Of a DNA stretch of 64,000 bases, positions 51,001 through 62,736 are shown piece after piece. A program made the translations under genes and the position numbers. The notes beneath the pieces are model-generated. The model was not told the origin of the DNA. It worked only from the letters and a program-made list of their open reading frames with translations, and made no database searches. The stretch is from Perkinsus chesapeaki ATCC PRA-425. Its lineage: Eukaryota > Protista > Perkinsozoa. The stretch is taken from contig JAAPAO010000084.1 in assembly GCA_013115145.1 (NCBI GenBank), positions 22,960 through 86,959 of the forward strand. Reading direction: 5' to 3'. Position 1 is the first letter of the stretch. Every line of letters begins with the position of its first letter.

Positions 51001-51867
51001 TAAACACACCATGCATATCCTCTCTAGGACACGCTCGCGTCGTTAAGTCACTTAACACTAATTTCAGATCATCATGTAGTCATTAAAAGTTTAATTGTTT
51101 AAAAGATACACTAGTGTTTGTTAAACACTAGCAGTTGTTGCCTTATAAAGATGATGCGTTATTGCGTAGGTATCTTGCCTTCTCTTAGTAGACCCTCTCA
51201 CTTCTTCTTCGGACCAATAGAATTGAATATTGACCGGAAATTCGACTCCTTTTATAAGCAATCTTATGGCAGTCACCGGTTCAGTGTACTACTGAGACCT
51301 AGAATTTCTAATGAACATTCTTAATGGGTCTGAGCTCCGAGATCTTAAGGCACAATTGCGCTACCTGCACCCATGGTTCTCATTAAGAGTTCTGATAACT
51401 TCTCAAAGTTGTGGCATCATCATTTCCGAAGCTCGTAGAAGCATCCTTTTGGGTAGCGCAGCACTCTAAATTCTCGCTAAGACCGTTCGTCTTTCGGAAG
51501 TTGGCGCAACTGCTGCGCCACAACACCACAAGTTTCTCACTAGTGAGATACTACATAGGCGTGAAAAACCTTCGTAACATGCTCTCAGCATATTTTCCTA
51601 AACCAAGACCCTATAATGGTAGTCAGTAAACGCAACCAGTAATTCGATAAGAACGGCCAGGAAACCGCAACAAACGAGTAGCTACGTATCGAGTGTGCAG
51701 CAGCATGTCTAGATAAAATTGGGCGTAAGCCCGGACATGCCCTCACACTGAGAACCTACTGCACTGCAACCTCTTTCTCGAGAGGTACGAGTAGACGGTT
51801 TTCAGGGGGGTGCCACGATCGATCGAACAGAAATCACGTCATCGCAGACGAATAATGTAAAACAAGC

Positions 51868-52398
51868 TCAACAACTCGAAACAGTACCGTCGTTTAAACG
51901 CGGACCGATAGGGTAACGACACATTGGGCATCGATGCTGTGTCGTAGGCGGACTGCTGAAGCAGGTCGAAAAGCAATATGTGTGATAAATATGCTTGCAC
52001 GGGAGCTGGACCACATTGTCATCATGGCTGAGGGGTTCCAGGCAAATGGCGCACAGAGAATTGGCCTGCAATGTCTCTTTATCTACATCTCGTAATCTGC
52101 CGGCTTTTATATTTTTATTGACCCAAGTGTTCCATGAGGCCGAAAATGAACACGATATACGACGGGCCCTGTAATCGCGTCGGCATTGGCAAACAGCTTT
52201 TCCGACGATAATGGAGCACATAAAGGCAAGGAGGGTAACCCAAGCGGCTGCCACTTCTAGTGATACTGGAAAGCCGTGGCCACCAATGAGAAAAAACAGA
52301 GCAGCGGTAAGCCCTAGCAGAGCATAGGCAGTGACAACTGCAACCAATACCTTCATTGATGGAGTACCAAACAGCAGAATCGCATTATGGCCAATCAT
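51868..52398 (-). CDS. Membrane-anchored RING-H2 E3 ligase, intronless
   Basis: Two hydrophobic segments, then CAICLEPL...LPCKHIYHTYC...CPMCR with all eight zinc ligands. Confidence 0.85.
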   Translation of the reverse strand: MIGHNAILLFGTPSMKVLVAVVTAYALLGLTAALFFLIGGHGFPVSLEVAAAWVTLLAFMCSIIVGKAVCQCRRDYRARRISCSFSASWNTWVNKNIKAGRLRDVDKETLQANSLCAICLEPLSHDDNVVQLPCKHIYHTYCFSTCFSSPPTTQHRCPMCRYPIGPRLNDGTVSSC

Positions 52399-53100
52399 GC
52401 AAAATATTCCTGAGAGAGCATTGAAGAAACGTGCACCGATGGGTATACCACAACTCCTGCGCCAAGCACAACGACTGCCCGCTTACAAGCCTGCGTTCTA
52501 ACCCCGCCCTCGTAAGTTTGTCCTATTTGGATCCATTGGCATTGTAGGGAGTCAAGATAGCGTTATAATTGTGGCCCCTAAATCGGCCTATAGTTCCTCC
52601 CAACCTTTAACCACAACACGTAAGCGAGAAATGATTTACTAGTATCGATCACTCGGGCGAGCGCAGATTAAGCGAAAGTCCGGTCCGTACGGTAACAATA
52701 GCATGACGTAGTACTAATTGTGGAGCCAACCGGGGCCGATGAGTCTATATGAGAATAGGTACAAATTTCACATAAACAGACTTAGATGAGGTAATATCTT
52801 TCGGGAATAATTTAGCCATTCACAATAGGTTGCTAAGCCCAGTATTATCACACTTCAGTGACACCTTACCCAATCTTGCTTTGCACCTATGCAGAAGTCC
52901 ACACGTTCTTTTCATTTATTTACGATAGAGAGCCGGAAGAACCCCAAAGTATCCTCTCGATTGTTATTGGGTCATTTGGACATTTTCATTGGAATGTAAC
53001 CGCGTGACTTCGCCTCACGCACGCTTTCGCCTAGCCTACGGATTCACGATAAGGTGCTAATGTGCAGCTTGTTAAATATCAATTCAACTTTATAACCATC

Positions 53101-56100
53101 ATGGAGAAGCAACGTATATCGGACAAGAACTACATGAGCTCTGTCCCAGCGCCGTCGCACGGCTTTGCCCCGGGTGTTAAATGGAAGAACAGGTTAGTAC
53201 TCGATGACGGTAAAAGCGAAGAGGCATGGGCTTGATTCAGGTCCGCATTAGGACCGTTAGATTGGATATGTATAGCTCTTTTTTGGGCGTGCATCCTTGC
53301 CCAGCTTATCGCTGGTTTCGTCATCGTTGGTTCTAGAAATTATGCATTCCCCTATGTGGAGAGTGGAGGAGTAAGTGATGAGGTTGTAGTTGTTAAGAGT
53401 AGGGAAAATCTACATGGTATTGTAAGTAGTGCTATACTATTGAGCGAGGTCGATAAAGAATCTCTCCAGTCAAATAATACATGTCATAATTATTGGTCAT
53501 AATACGTATTATTCTATACATTATGTAGATGAGATGCATGCATGAATTTATCTTCTTAGTGAGTGACTGGGGAATATGTTGTAATTGGTAGTAGTATCAC
53601 AATACTTCGTTGGGGTACAAACGCCTATGATGTAACTATTGCCTGAACACCCTACTTCTCCTCAGTCCTCCAGAACCTGTCCTAGCGGCTTTGTCCTCGC
53701 TGCCAAGGATTGCACCAATTCTCATGTCCCAGCGAACCCTCTAGACCCCTAGTAAGGCGTACCCGGCTGCCGCCAGACGATATATATTTCTTGCCAGTAT
53801 TTTAGGATGTGCCAATTCAAAACTATGTGAAGAGCTTCGTCAGTGTCATAATAAGCTGCAAGCGTCCTCTTTTTTAGCAGCATCGGTCCAAGCCGACGCC
53901 ACAGGGGAAAGGGTAATGTTTTGGGGAGTATTGAGGGATTCAGCCGCTTTTTTATAGCGAATTTATTCACGCTACTGCAGAACCTGGCAACCTGTATCAA
54001 ATGTAGCGGGTCCTTATAGAGAAACTCTCTCTCCCGAAATTTTCCCGAATTCCCCCCGTAGTCCACATAAATGTTGCAGACCGTAGGCGAGTCTTCCGCT
54101 TGTCTACTGGCAAATCTGTACCTCTAATGGAAAGACAAGGAATTATTTCCACAATAATCCAGCCCGACTCTCCTTTGTTAGGCGTCCAGCAACCTATGGG
54201 AGGCTTTGGGTGACCACTGGTATATTCCATCCACTATATTCCCCGCCATGGTGGTAGTGGGCGTCCTCTGGCTGCTTGCTATGCAGTATTTGGTAAAGCC
54301 TTTGGTATGGACCACCATTACGGTCGGGGTGGCATTTTTGATAGGAATGTGGGCGTACTGGTAATACAGGGTGGGACATACTCTTTAGTAGAAAAACCTG
54401 CCCGGAAGTCGTCTTATCAGCGCCCGTCTGAGGGTGGCAAATTTTCTGGCATACCCAACAGAAAGTTTACTCCGATACTGGACACCTTTATAGGTAGCTC
54501 ATGGCCATGCTCTGGGCGGTCTGATTAAATATAGGTATAATTTAGAATTAGTCCCTGAGTTTTATAGTGACTATTATGTCGAAAGTGGTATTGGTTTGGT
54601 TAGGTACTTCGAACATGGTGTTAACAACTGGATGCTGCTCGTTGGGGCTGGTGTGGCCATTCTTGCTTCGATATTCTTATTTCGTTCCATCAACCGTGCC
54701 TGTAAAGTTATATCTGTAGCTGCCTATGGCCTTAGGAAGACTCCGTCGGTTATAATAGTGAGTCTGGTGGTTAAAGGCCTTTATGTGGTCTATGTGGTGA
54801 TGTGGACTATTTTTATGATTCGCAGCGCGCAGGCGAAATCGGTGAAGGAAAAAGATTGCGCGCTCGAGGACGAGCCGTGGATCCAAACCGCCCGGTACAT
54901 CTTCGGTTTGTTATTTTGGATATTCACATATGTATTTCTTAATATGAAAACAGTAGTATGTGCTGCTGGTATTGGTGCATGGTATTTCCCAAATGGTGAT
55001 GGTGAACCAACAGTACCAGCTCTTAAAGGTTTACAATGGGCATTTACGTCAAGCTCTGGTGCAGTTATGTTTGCAGCTACTATAGTTGGTATTACTAGAT
55101 TCATTATAAATAGGATCAACAGTGCCTGTGGGTGCCTGCCTTGGTATCTCTCTCCGATCGCCTGCCTCTGGAAGTGCCTCGCCAGCTGCTGTCTCGGCGT
55201 TCTTGAGATGTTCTCCAAATTCATGCTTATCGGTCAGGTAAGATCGGGCGGCATCTTCTATGATAATGTCCGTACTGTAGGTCTTTTCGGGGAGAGGTCT
55301 GTGTGGGGCTGGCAAGCAGTCATTTAAGTTGGTTAAGGACCGGTTGGGGGAAGCTTTTATAACAGATGGGGTTGGACACTCAATGGTGAGCCGGGAACGA
55401 TTGATAGGTTATAGTAATTAGTTTTAAGCAATACTGTTATTATATTTACCAATACTGTTATTATATTTACCAATACTGTTATTATATTTACCAATACTGT
55501 TATTATATTTACCAATACTGTTACNNNNNNNNNNNNNNNNNNNNNNNNNNNNNNNNNNNNNNNNNNNNNNNNNNNNNNNNNNNNNNNNNNNNNNNNNNNN
55601 NNNNNNNNNNNNNNNNNNNNNTACTATATTTACCAATACTGTTATTATATTTACCAATACTGTTATTATATATTTACTTATTTTTGTCATTTTTCCCTTT
55701 TAGTTGTCCATCTGTACCTACGTCTTCTCCCTTGGCATCGGCGTTGCCGCCTGGGTGTGGCTCGATGAAGCCCAAGGCTACCAGACTCTTACAGAGCTCG
55801 GTTGGTATCTCATCATACCAGTTCTTCTCGCATTTGCCGGCTTCATTTCCTGCCCGATCCTCACCATTGTCCTTATTTCCTGGTTGGCCCCAACTTTCCA
55901 CATCTGGGCCTGCGGTCGTGACGGCTGCAGCAGCACCAGCCAGGTCCACGCCCAACTAGTCATCAACTCGGTGACTGGAGCGCTATTTATCGGTTCTGTG
56001 TGCTACTCGTTCTTCCACTTCTTGGCCGATGTTATGCTGTCCTGTATCGATACCATATTTTTCTGCTTCGCAATCGAAGCTGATGCCGATGTCTACCAAG

Positions 56101-56363
56101 GCCGCTTTGAGCAATCGGTCTACACCGTCCTCAAGGATGACATGTCTGACGGCAACGAAGTGCCCATCTATAAGAATAGCGCTCGCCCGCTGGAGGAATA
56201 CGAAATGGCGCCTGTTGCTGGGGGGAACGATCATAGGGCGGCGGCGCCTCCGGCTTTCTCTCCGGACTTGGCCGCTCACGGTGTTCCCGAGCCGAGCACT
56301 CAGGCGACCATTGGATACCAAGGGCCTGTGCGCCCTGGTGGCGATCGAATATCTTATGTATAG
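53101..56363 (+). CDS. Choline transporter-like (CTL/SLC44 family) protein, paralog B, multi-exon, spanning an N gap in an intron
   Basis: Colinear with paralog A (LWEALGDHWYIP, 54596-55234, 55704-56363, SCIDTIFFCFA). The N-terminal exons (MEKQRIS..., LDWICIALFWACIL) are less certain. Confidence 0.78.
55429..55677. repeat. 21-bp intronic tandem repeat (aatactgttattatatttacc) containing an assembly gap
   Basis: Exact 21-bp period on both sides of the N run at 55525-55621. Confidence 0.95.
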
Positions 56364-56815
56364 TAGCAGTCTTGGAGCAGTTTGTCATGTATTAGAATGA
56401 AGTTATAAAGATCCTTCTGTTCGGGCGGTAGTGGCGGCCTAAATTGTCGGTGACTGCCGAGGGCCGGTGTTGAGTTGAGTGATTTAGTTGGGGATCCTTC
56501 GGTACATCGTCAACTATTGCAAGGAGGGAAATTACTTTACTCTTAATTACTTGTGCGAACTTGTGTAGAGGGTAGAAGGAAGTTAATATTAAAACGTGTT
56601 CCGCATGGCGCAACACTTTGTGTACGAAGCTACCAAGTTTGAGTCCGTTGGTGTGCTTTGATTTGGTGATGGTTGTATGTCGCTGCACGAGCGTGTTGCT
56701 AAGAATTATTTTGTTATAAGATATCTCTAAGTAATCAGCTTACCATATATATTACTATAATATATGGTATGTATGGAACTATACTATAATACGGTATATT
56801 ACTATGCTATATAGA

Positions 56816-57106
56816 TATAGATATATATTATAATTGCTATGTAATATTACTGTTCTATGTAGCTATAGATATATATTATAATTGCTATGTAATATTACTG
56901 TTCTATGTAGCTATAGATATATNNNNNNNNNNNNNNNNNNNNNNNNNNNNNNNNNNNNNNNNNNNNNNNNNNNNNNNNNNNNNNNNNNNNNNNNNNNNNN
57001 NNNNNNNNNNNNNNNNNNNNNTGTAGCTATAGATATATATTATAATTGCTATGTAATATTACTGTTCTATGTAGCTATAGATATATATTATAATGGCTAT
57101 GTAATA
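56816..57106. repeat. 48-bp AT-rich tandem repeat containing an assembly gap
   Basis: Unit tatagatatatattataattgctatgtaatattactgttctatgtagc flanks the N run at 56923-57021. Confidence 0.93.
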
Positions 57107-57189
57107 TAACTATGCTATATAGCATAATGCTACACTGTATTATATATTTACATGTATTTGAATAGGGCTATTGTTCCTTTCCGTTCCTT

Positions 57190-57291
57190 TGCGATATCGA
57201 AAGTATTGTGCGGTCCAGTGGAGCTAGATAACTGTTCCTTCCCGTATAGTTATCCAGCTCCACTGGACCGCACAATGCTTTCGATATCGCA
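57190..57291. repeat. Foldback inverted repeat, 44-bp arms, 14-nt loop
   Basis: 57190-57233 is the reverse complement of 57248-57291 with 2 mismatches. Confidence 0.92.
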
Positions 57292-57488
57292 TACCAGTGG
57301 AATACCATCGAAAATTTCACTACTGTCAAACTAATCGACTGCCCCAGTGAAAGCGCTGCATTATTTACCCTCTATCCGAACACTTCGATATTTAGTGTAG
57401 TGGGCTGTGCCGCTTGGAGCACTCCTCCTCCTGCCATCTCCTGCTGCCTCCGACTAGCTTATTTCCGCAGTTAGCTTCCCACGCTTTG

Positions 57489-59263
57489 ATGCGAGTAAGC
57501 ACTCGTAACAGTAGGGCATCCTCGACCTCGAGGAGTCCCAGTTCGTCACCTAAGCGGTCCAGTATTACCAGGAAGAGATTTATACTACCTGACTCTCATA
57601 GGGAGTAATAGTAGCTCGGACGTGTTGTGGATTTGGAGTTGGACTTGGCAGGTACAATGAGACCGGTGAGATAAGAAGTTGGTCGGTGTCACTGAGTAAC
57701 CCGAAAAATAAGGCTACTTTCGGCAAGAAGTATCTTTGGTCTGTCATGGTAAGATCCATGTAAGGTTGACTTCGTTACCTTACAGGATGGAACAGTTCCA
57801 ACGGTTCGCATTCCTCAGGTTATAGACCCGGCCGGTGTTGAATACAGCAGCCTTAAATCATACAGCGACTGCAAGCTGCTCCGCCGCGAGTTGGCCCGCT
57901 CCTTCCCAGGCGCCTACATCCCCCCTCTGCCCGACAAAACAGCTTACTGTGCCTTCGGCCGCACCAAGTCCGATTCTGAGTGTCTGGTCCTCTCAAAGTT
58001 CATCCAGCGCTGCACTCAGCAAACCAACATCGGGCGGTCTGAGGTGTTCCTCACATTTCTGAGGCGCGACGGGGCTCAGTGGGAGAAAGCAGCAAAGAAA
58101 GAGTTCGCCACGAGGAGTGTGGTGCAGCTCTGCCGACAGTATCGAGATGCATTCCCGAATCGGGAGCTGCCGGAGTTCGACCCGGAAAAGGACATTGCCC
58201 GAAGCGAGGGCGTCGAGGATCGGCTTGGCGCTGCGAAGGCCTTCCTGAAGGACCACCAGGGAGCTCTGAAGAAACTGCTCCACAATATGCAGCAGGCCGA
58301 CACGAAGCTGAAGGCAGCTTCGAAGGTAGGGGAAAATTAAGCTGGTGATTGGTCAATTGGGAGATCTCAGGCGCTTGCTAGTGCCGCGTCAGAGTCGGAA
58401 GAGATCAAAGATAACCAAGGACGCCGAGTTGATGTAGGCACCGAAAGTTGGGTAGAAATTCAATTTTCGAGTAGTTGCTGACGACGCCGGTCGGAGCGGG
58501 AGTGGTAAACAAGCACCCGGACAGCTTCAACCGGGTGGGGCTATCTGCGGCTCTGATGGGCTGCGAAGGAGAGCCTGGTCTTTTGGGTGCCGACACTCAT
58601 CTCACCATGCTCATTCAAGGCGTCCAAGAGGAACTGGCCGACTGTCGCTCGATGGAAGGCTCTCTTGCGCAAATTGACGATCTGAGGCGGGCGGCGAAGA
58701 AGGCGGAGAGCAAAGTGAACTCTCAGAAGGGCAAGGTGAACCCTAAGGTGTCGATCGAGGCACTGCAGCTGGAGGCAGCCAGCGCCTTTGACTTTGAATG
58801 GGTTGCCAAATGCAACGCTGTCGTATACGAAGTGCCCGACTTCATCCAGAAGAAGGTACTACCAGGGGAGCGCAATCGATCGGTGTATCTCTCGCACCAG
58901 CGCGTGAGCTCCGGTTCATCATCGGTGACGAGCAGGAGCGGCAATGGTGGGCTATATTAGTTTTTATATATTATCGGCCTCAACGGTCTGTAGCGGTTTG
59001 ATAGTTTATATTAAGTACTGTACTCTTGCCGACGGAGCGAAGGGCCTCGGAGATGAAGGTGGTGTCTCTTCAATCAGGTTGCGGCCTACAACAGGATGGC
59101 CTTGGATTGGGTTAATACTGTGCGCGGTCCCGAAAGTATCATTACTCGAACCTTGAAACTCGAGGCTGGCGGATCGCCTCCTCAGACTTCCTATGATGAG
59201 GCGGAGGAGGAGGAAGATATTGACGATATTCCTGTGGAGGTCGCCGGTACAGAAGTTGAATGA
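57489..59263 (+). CDS. Sorting nexin-like PX-BAR protein A, multi-exon
   Basis: KSYSDCKLLRRELARSFPGAYIPPLPDK...EVFLTFL (PX), then helical BAR-like exons. The last exon is VAAYNRMALDW...EEEEDIDD...VE*. The start codon is uncertain. Confidence 0.72.
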
Positions 59264-59449
59264 AGCTGATACCGTATTTTTCTCTAGCCCCCGAAGTTTA
59301 GGGGTATACCCCATATTATTGCTTTTTGTATGTATATTCAGTTCCTCCGTGAAATTGCATTGTCTTTACCACCTGACACGCTTTCGGCTCTTGGGTTGTT
59401 GCTGGGAGGGAAGTTTGTGCAGCGGTTTTTCGGTAGATTTTACTGTGGC

Positions 59450-61616
59450 ATGTTGAATTCGGAAGACCCTGTCCCGCCGTCCTCGCCCGTAAAGATCAAC
59501 GAAGGCCTTCGGCTCCCGGAGATACACGAGCTCAGTCCCCGAGGGGCAGACTCGGCAGAACTGCACGGATCTGCGGACTGGCAGAGCCCCTCGTCCGAGT
59601 GGAAATCGGCTAGTCTGTCTGATGACGAAGGCGATCGTACAACCAGGAGCGACGAAGGCAACTCGCCAATGAACGGCGGCGTATCCAGAACGCCCAGCGG
59701 CAACGGAGATCTCGAGGGTAGGCGATTCCCGGCGCGAATGTTAAGGTATTGTGCGACGGTAGTTACTATTACTAGTCACGAGTACAACAAGCTGTTCCGT
59801 TCTGCCTCGATTGACCAGTAAGCCGACTGTAGGTAGTTGATGGAATTTATGCTTTCAGTAGGGGTGTTAATTGGACAGCAGCAGTTGGTGATCCGGACAC
59901 TCGAAGGTCAGGCATGCACAAGTACACCACATTCTCAGTCAGAGTAGGCTCTTACTATTCTGAAGGCTTATCTTTAAGAATTCGCAGCTGAAAATTTGAA
60001 CGGTCGAGTAGCAGTAATTCATCGGAATACCAAGCCGCCAGATAAAGTTTCAATGGATGTCACTAGTCTTCAGCTGTGCTGGTGATATATTACCTATCAC
60101 GAAGAGGTCTTCTTACCGTGGAGCCATGGTGGATGGTTGTCTCTCGCTGTATTATCTTCTTAACAGATAACCGATGCTTCTGGTAGAGTTACGTCTTCTA
60201 CACGCAAGCGATTCACGGACTTCACTGTGCTGAGGCGTGAGCTTGTAGGACTGCTAGGCGCCGCGGTGTGACCATTGCGATCAGGTTAAAGCGTATCCGG
60301 GAGCCTTCGTCCCACCACTGACATGCAAGAGCCAGATTAAAGTGATGATGAAGGCTGCCCCATCAGCCATGTCGCAGCATATGAAGCCTGTCGACAACGT
60401 CACTGAAATTAGGCGCCAGGCGCTCGAGGAGTTCCTCAGCAGGTTGGTGGCTGCCGGGGGCTGACCTGGCTCATCATCTGTCAGATGCTGCTCGAGGCCT
60501 TTCATAATGTTTTCGCCGATCATGGCAGCTTTTCTGGCGACACCAGAAAGCACCTATGATGCTCTCAGAAGAGTACGGGTTCCTCAGAACTTTCGGATCA
60601 GTTGGCATCTCATCAGGACTTTTCTAATCGAGCTCCGGAGGAGGTTTTGGATGAATACAAGATATCATTTGCAGCGAAGTCGATACCATCGTAAGTCTCT
60701 TGAAGCTCCGAGGTTGGAGGAAGTGTCGTCGTCTCAGGTTCGATAGGCGTCGTGCGGCCTTGGATGGTCCCAACGAGGAGGCCCAGAGGCTTTCCCAGGA
60801 AGATTCGAGTGATGATGGTCAGCGTGCTGCTGGCTCGGCGGACGTTGCCAACGGGTAAGTTGAAGCCGCTCGTGTTCGGTTTCACATCTGTGGTGTTTCA
60901 GGACCATGGGCGTCGATAGCTCCGTCAATGTACCGGAGATGTTGGCAACCTCCAAAACATATCTTAGCGATCACTGCAAAGTTTTAAATCAGCTGCTTAC
61001 GATGCTTCGTACCGCAGCGTCAAGCTTCAAGAGCGGCAATGCCGCCTTGAGCTCAATTCACTACAAGTTTTCTGACTGCAAGACGATCGACGAGCAAGGC
61101 TCAGGCCACGCTCTGGCAGTTGCGCAGGGTTTGGAGGGCTGCCCGGAGCGGCTTGATTTGTCTGATGCATTTTTTGAAGTCAAAAACATCCTCAGCGCGC
61201 CGGCTGACGCGCTGCACTTCGACCTGCTTTCCTCAGTTATCAGTCGGGAAATCACCGACTGTGGTGCCATGAAGGCCTCCCTTGACAAAGTGTTGGAGCT
61301 CGGCAAGCACCGTGATAAGGCTATTGCTAAACTGAGGTCAGCTAAGAAGCACGGCGGCGCTGGAGGCATCGGCGGCTATATACGTGGCACTACTAAGGAC
61401 CAGCTTAAGCGGGCAGAGACCAACCGTGTTTTATATGCAGACTTCTATTGGACCGCAGGCTACAATGCGGTGATGAACGAGATGCCATCTTTTATGGAAG
61501 GCCGGACGCGTGTTTATAATGAAGTGGCTCGAGAGTTCGTCTCGAGGTCAGAGGCAACCAACAAGAGCTTGGCCACTATGTGGGTGGCTAAGGTCAAGAA
61601 GACCACCACTCTGTAG
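59450..61616 (+). CDS. Sorting nexin-like PX-BAR protein B, multi-exon
   Basis: Ser/Pro-rich N-terminus; RKRFTDFTVLRREL|AYPGAFVPPL...RRQALEEFLSRL (PX); helical C-terminal exon 60906-61616 similar to protein A (EMPSFM..RTRVYNEVAREF versus EVPDFIQKK|VAAYNRMALDW). Confidence 0.75.
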
Positions 61617-61727
61617 CTTCCCTTTTAAACACGCCCAGCATCCTCACTATTGTTCCTTTCGTTATTATCATTACCATTGCCCTGAGTTTGGTTGTCAATC
61701 CTACTGTTGATTGGGAGTTGCTTCGAA

Positions 61728-62736
61728 ATGGTGGTCCATGAACCGCACGCTCCTCCGTTGGCGAGCGACGCTGAAATTCAGAAGCTCTACAACTGGGTGG
61801 GATTATGAACGCTGGTCCTCTGGCCTGCGAAAGCAGCCTTAGGTTGACGAGATTCCATTGTCGCGACCGAAGCGCAACATATCTCGAGACTTTGCCGACG
61901 GCGTCATGATGGCCGAGATTGTCGCCCACTATGTACGTTGGTGTGGTGGGAGAGCGCGAGATGGTGGCTCAGTTACCGAAGATAGTGGAGCTGCACAACT
62001 ACTCGCAGGCCAACGCACTCACACAGAAGCTTTACAATTGGAACACTCTAAATCAAAAGGCACGCGAATCCCAGGGAGGCCAGAGATGTTTTTAGTAGGT
62101 ATTTCGCAGACTGGGGTTCCTGTTGCATCCAGATGACGTTGAGGAATGCGCGAAGGTGGGCGAGGAGCGCGCCGGAGTCGGGAGAGCGCCGCGTGTCTCA
62201 GGCTGTTCCTGGTTCGATCGAGAGGGTCCTGGCGTTCATTCGCCCGCGATTGGTGAGCTCGCTCGGGATTTGCGGTAGCGATTCCTTTTTATTAGATCGA
62301 GGCTGCGAGCGACGGTGGTCGAGGTCGACAATTCCGCAGCATCAGCGAGCAGAGATCCCCCAGAGCCCGGTCGGAGCACTCATTCGGAGGCGCGCGACAA
62401 ACCACGTCGAAGTTACGGAAGGACACAAGCCCGGGCGTTTCGAATAGAGGCGACCGGTCAACTGAGCCTCCCCAAACGCAGACCAAGGTCGGCCGGTTGG
62501 GCGATGGAGAGACTGACGCTATTATGGCGGAGAAGGACAGGACCATCAGCGAGCTAAGAGAATGTGTGGAACTCCTATCGCGGAAGATATCGAAGCTGGA
62601 GCAGTTGGTAGGTGGCGATAGTCTCGGGTGATCCGTTGCAGTTGTGCCTTAGGTGAGGATTAAAGACCAGAAGGTCCTCGCACTACAGGAGCGGCTGGCT
62701 GTATCATCCAGTAGGGCTTTGCATGGTACCTCGTGA
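61728..62736 (+). CDS. SPEF1: Sperm flagellar protein 1-like (CH_2 calponin-homology domain plus C-terminal coiled coil)
   Basis: LYNW|VDEIPLSRPKRNISRDFADGVMMAEIVAHY|PKIVELHNYSQAN..QKLYNWNTLNQK; EKDRTISELRECVELLSRKISKLEQL|VRIKDQKV. Confidence 0.9.

Noticed and set aside
53749-54066. Minus-strand ORF resembling a LINE C-terminus inside CTL paralog B
   Set aside because: The Cys/His motif is absent and there is no DNA similarity to the LINE at 37926.
55429-57106. Tandem repeats as possible CRISPR arrays
   Set aside because: Units are contiguous with no unique spacers, there are no cas genes, and the context is eukaryotic.
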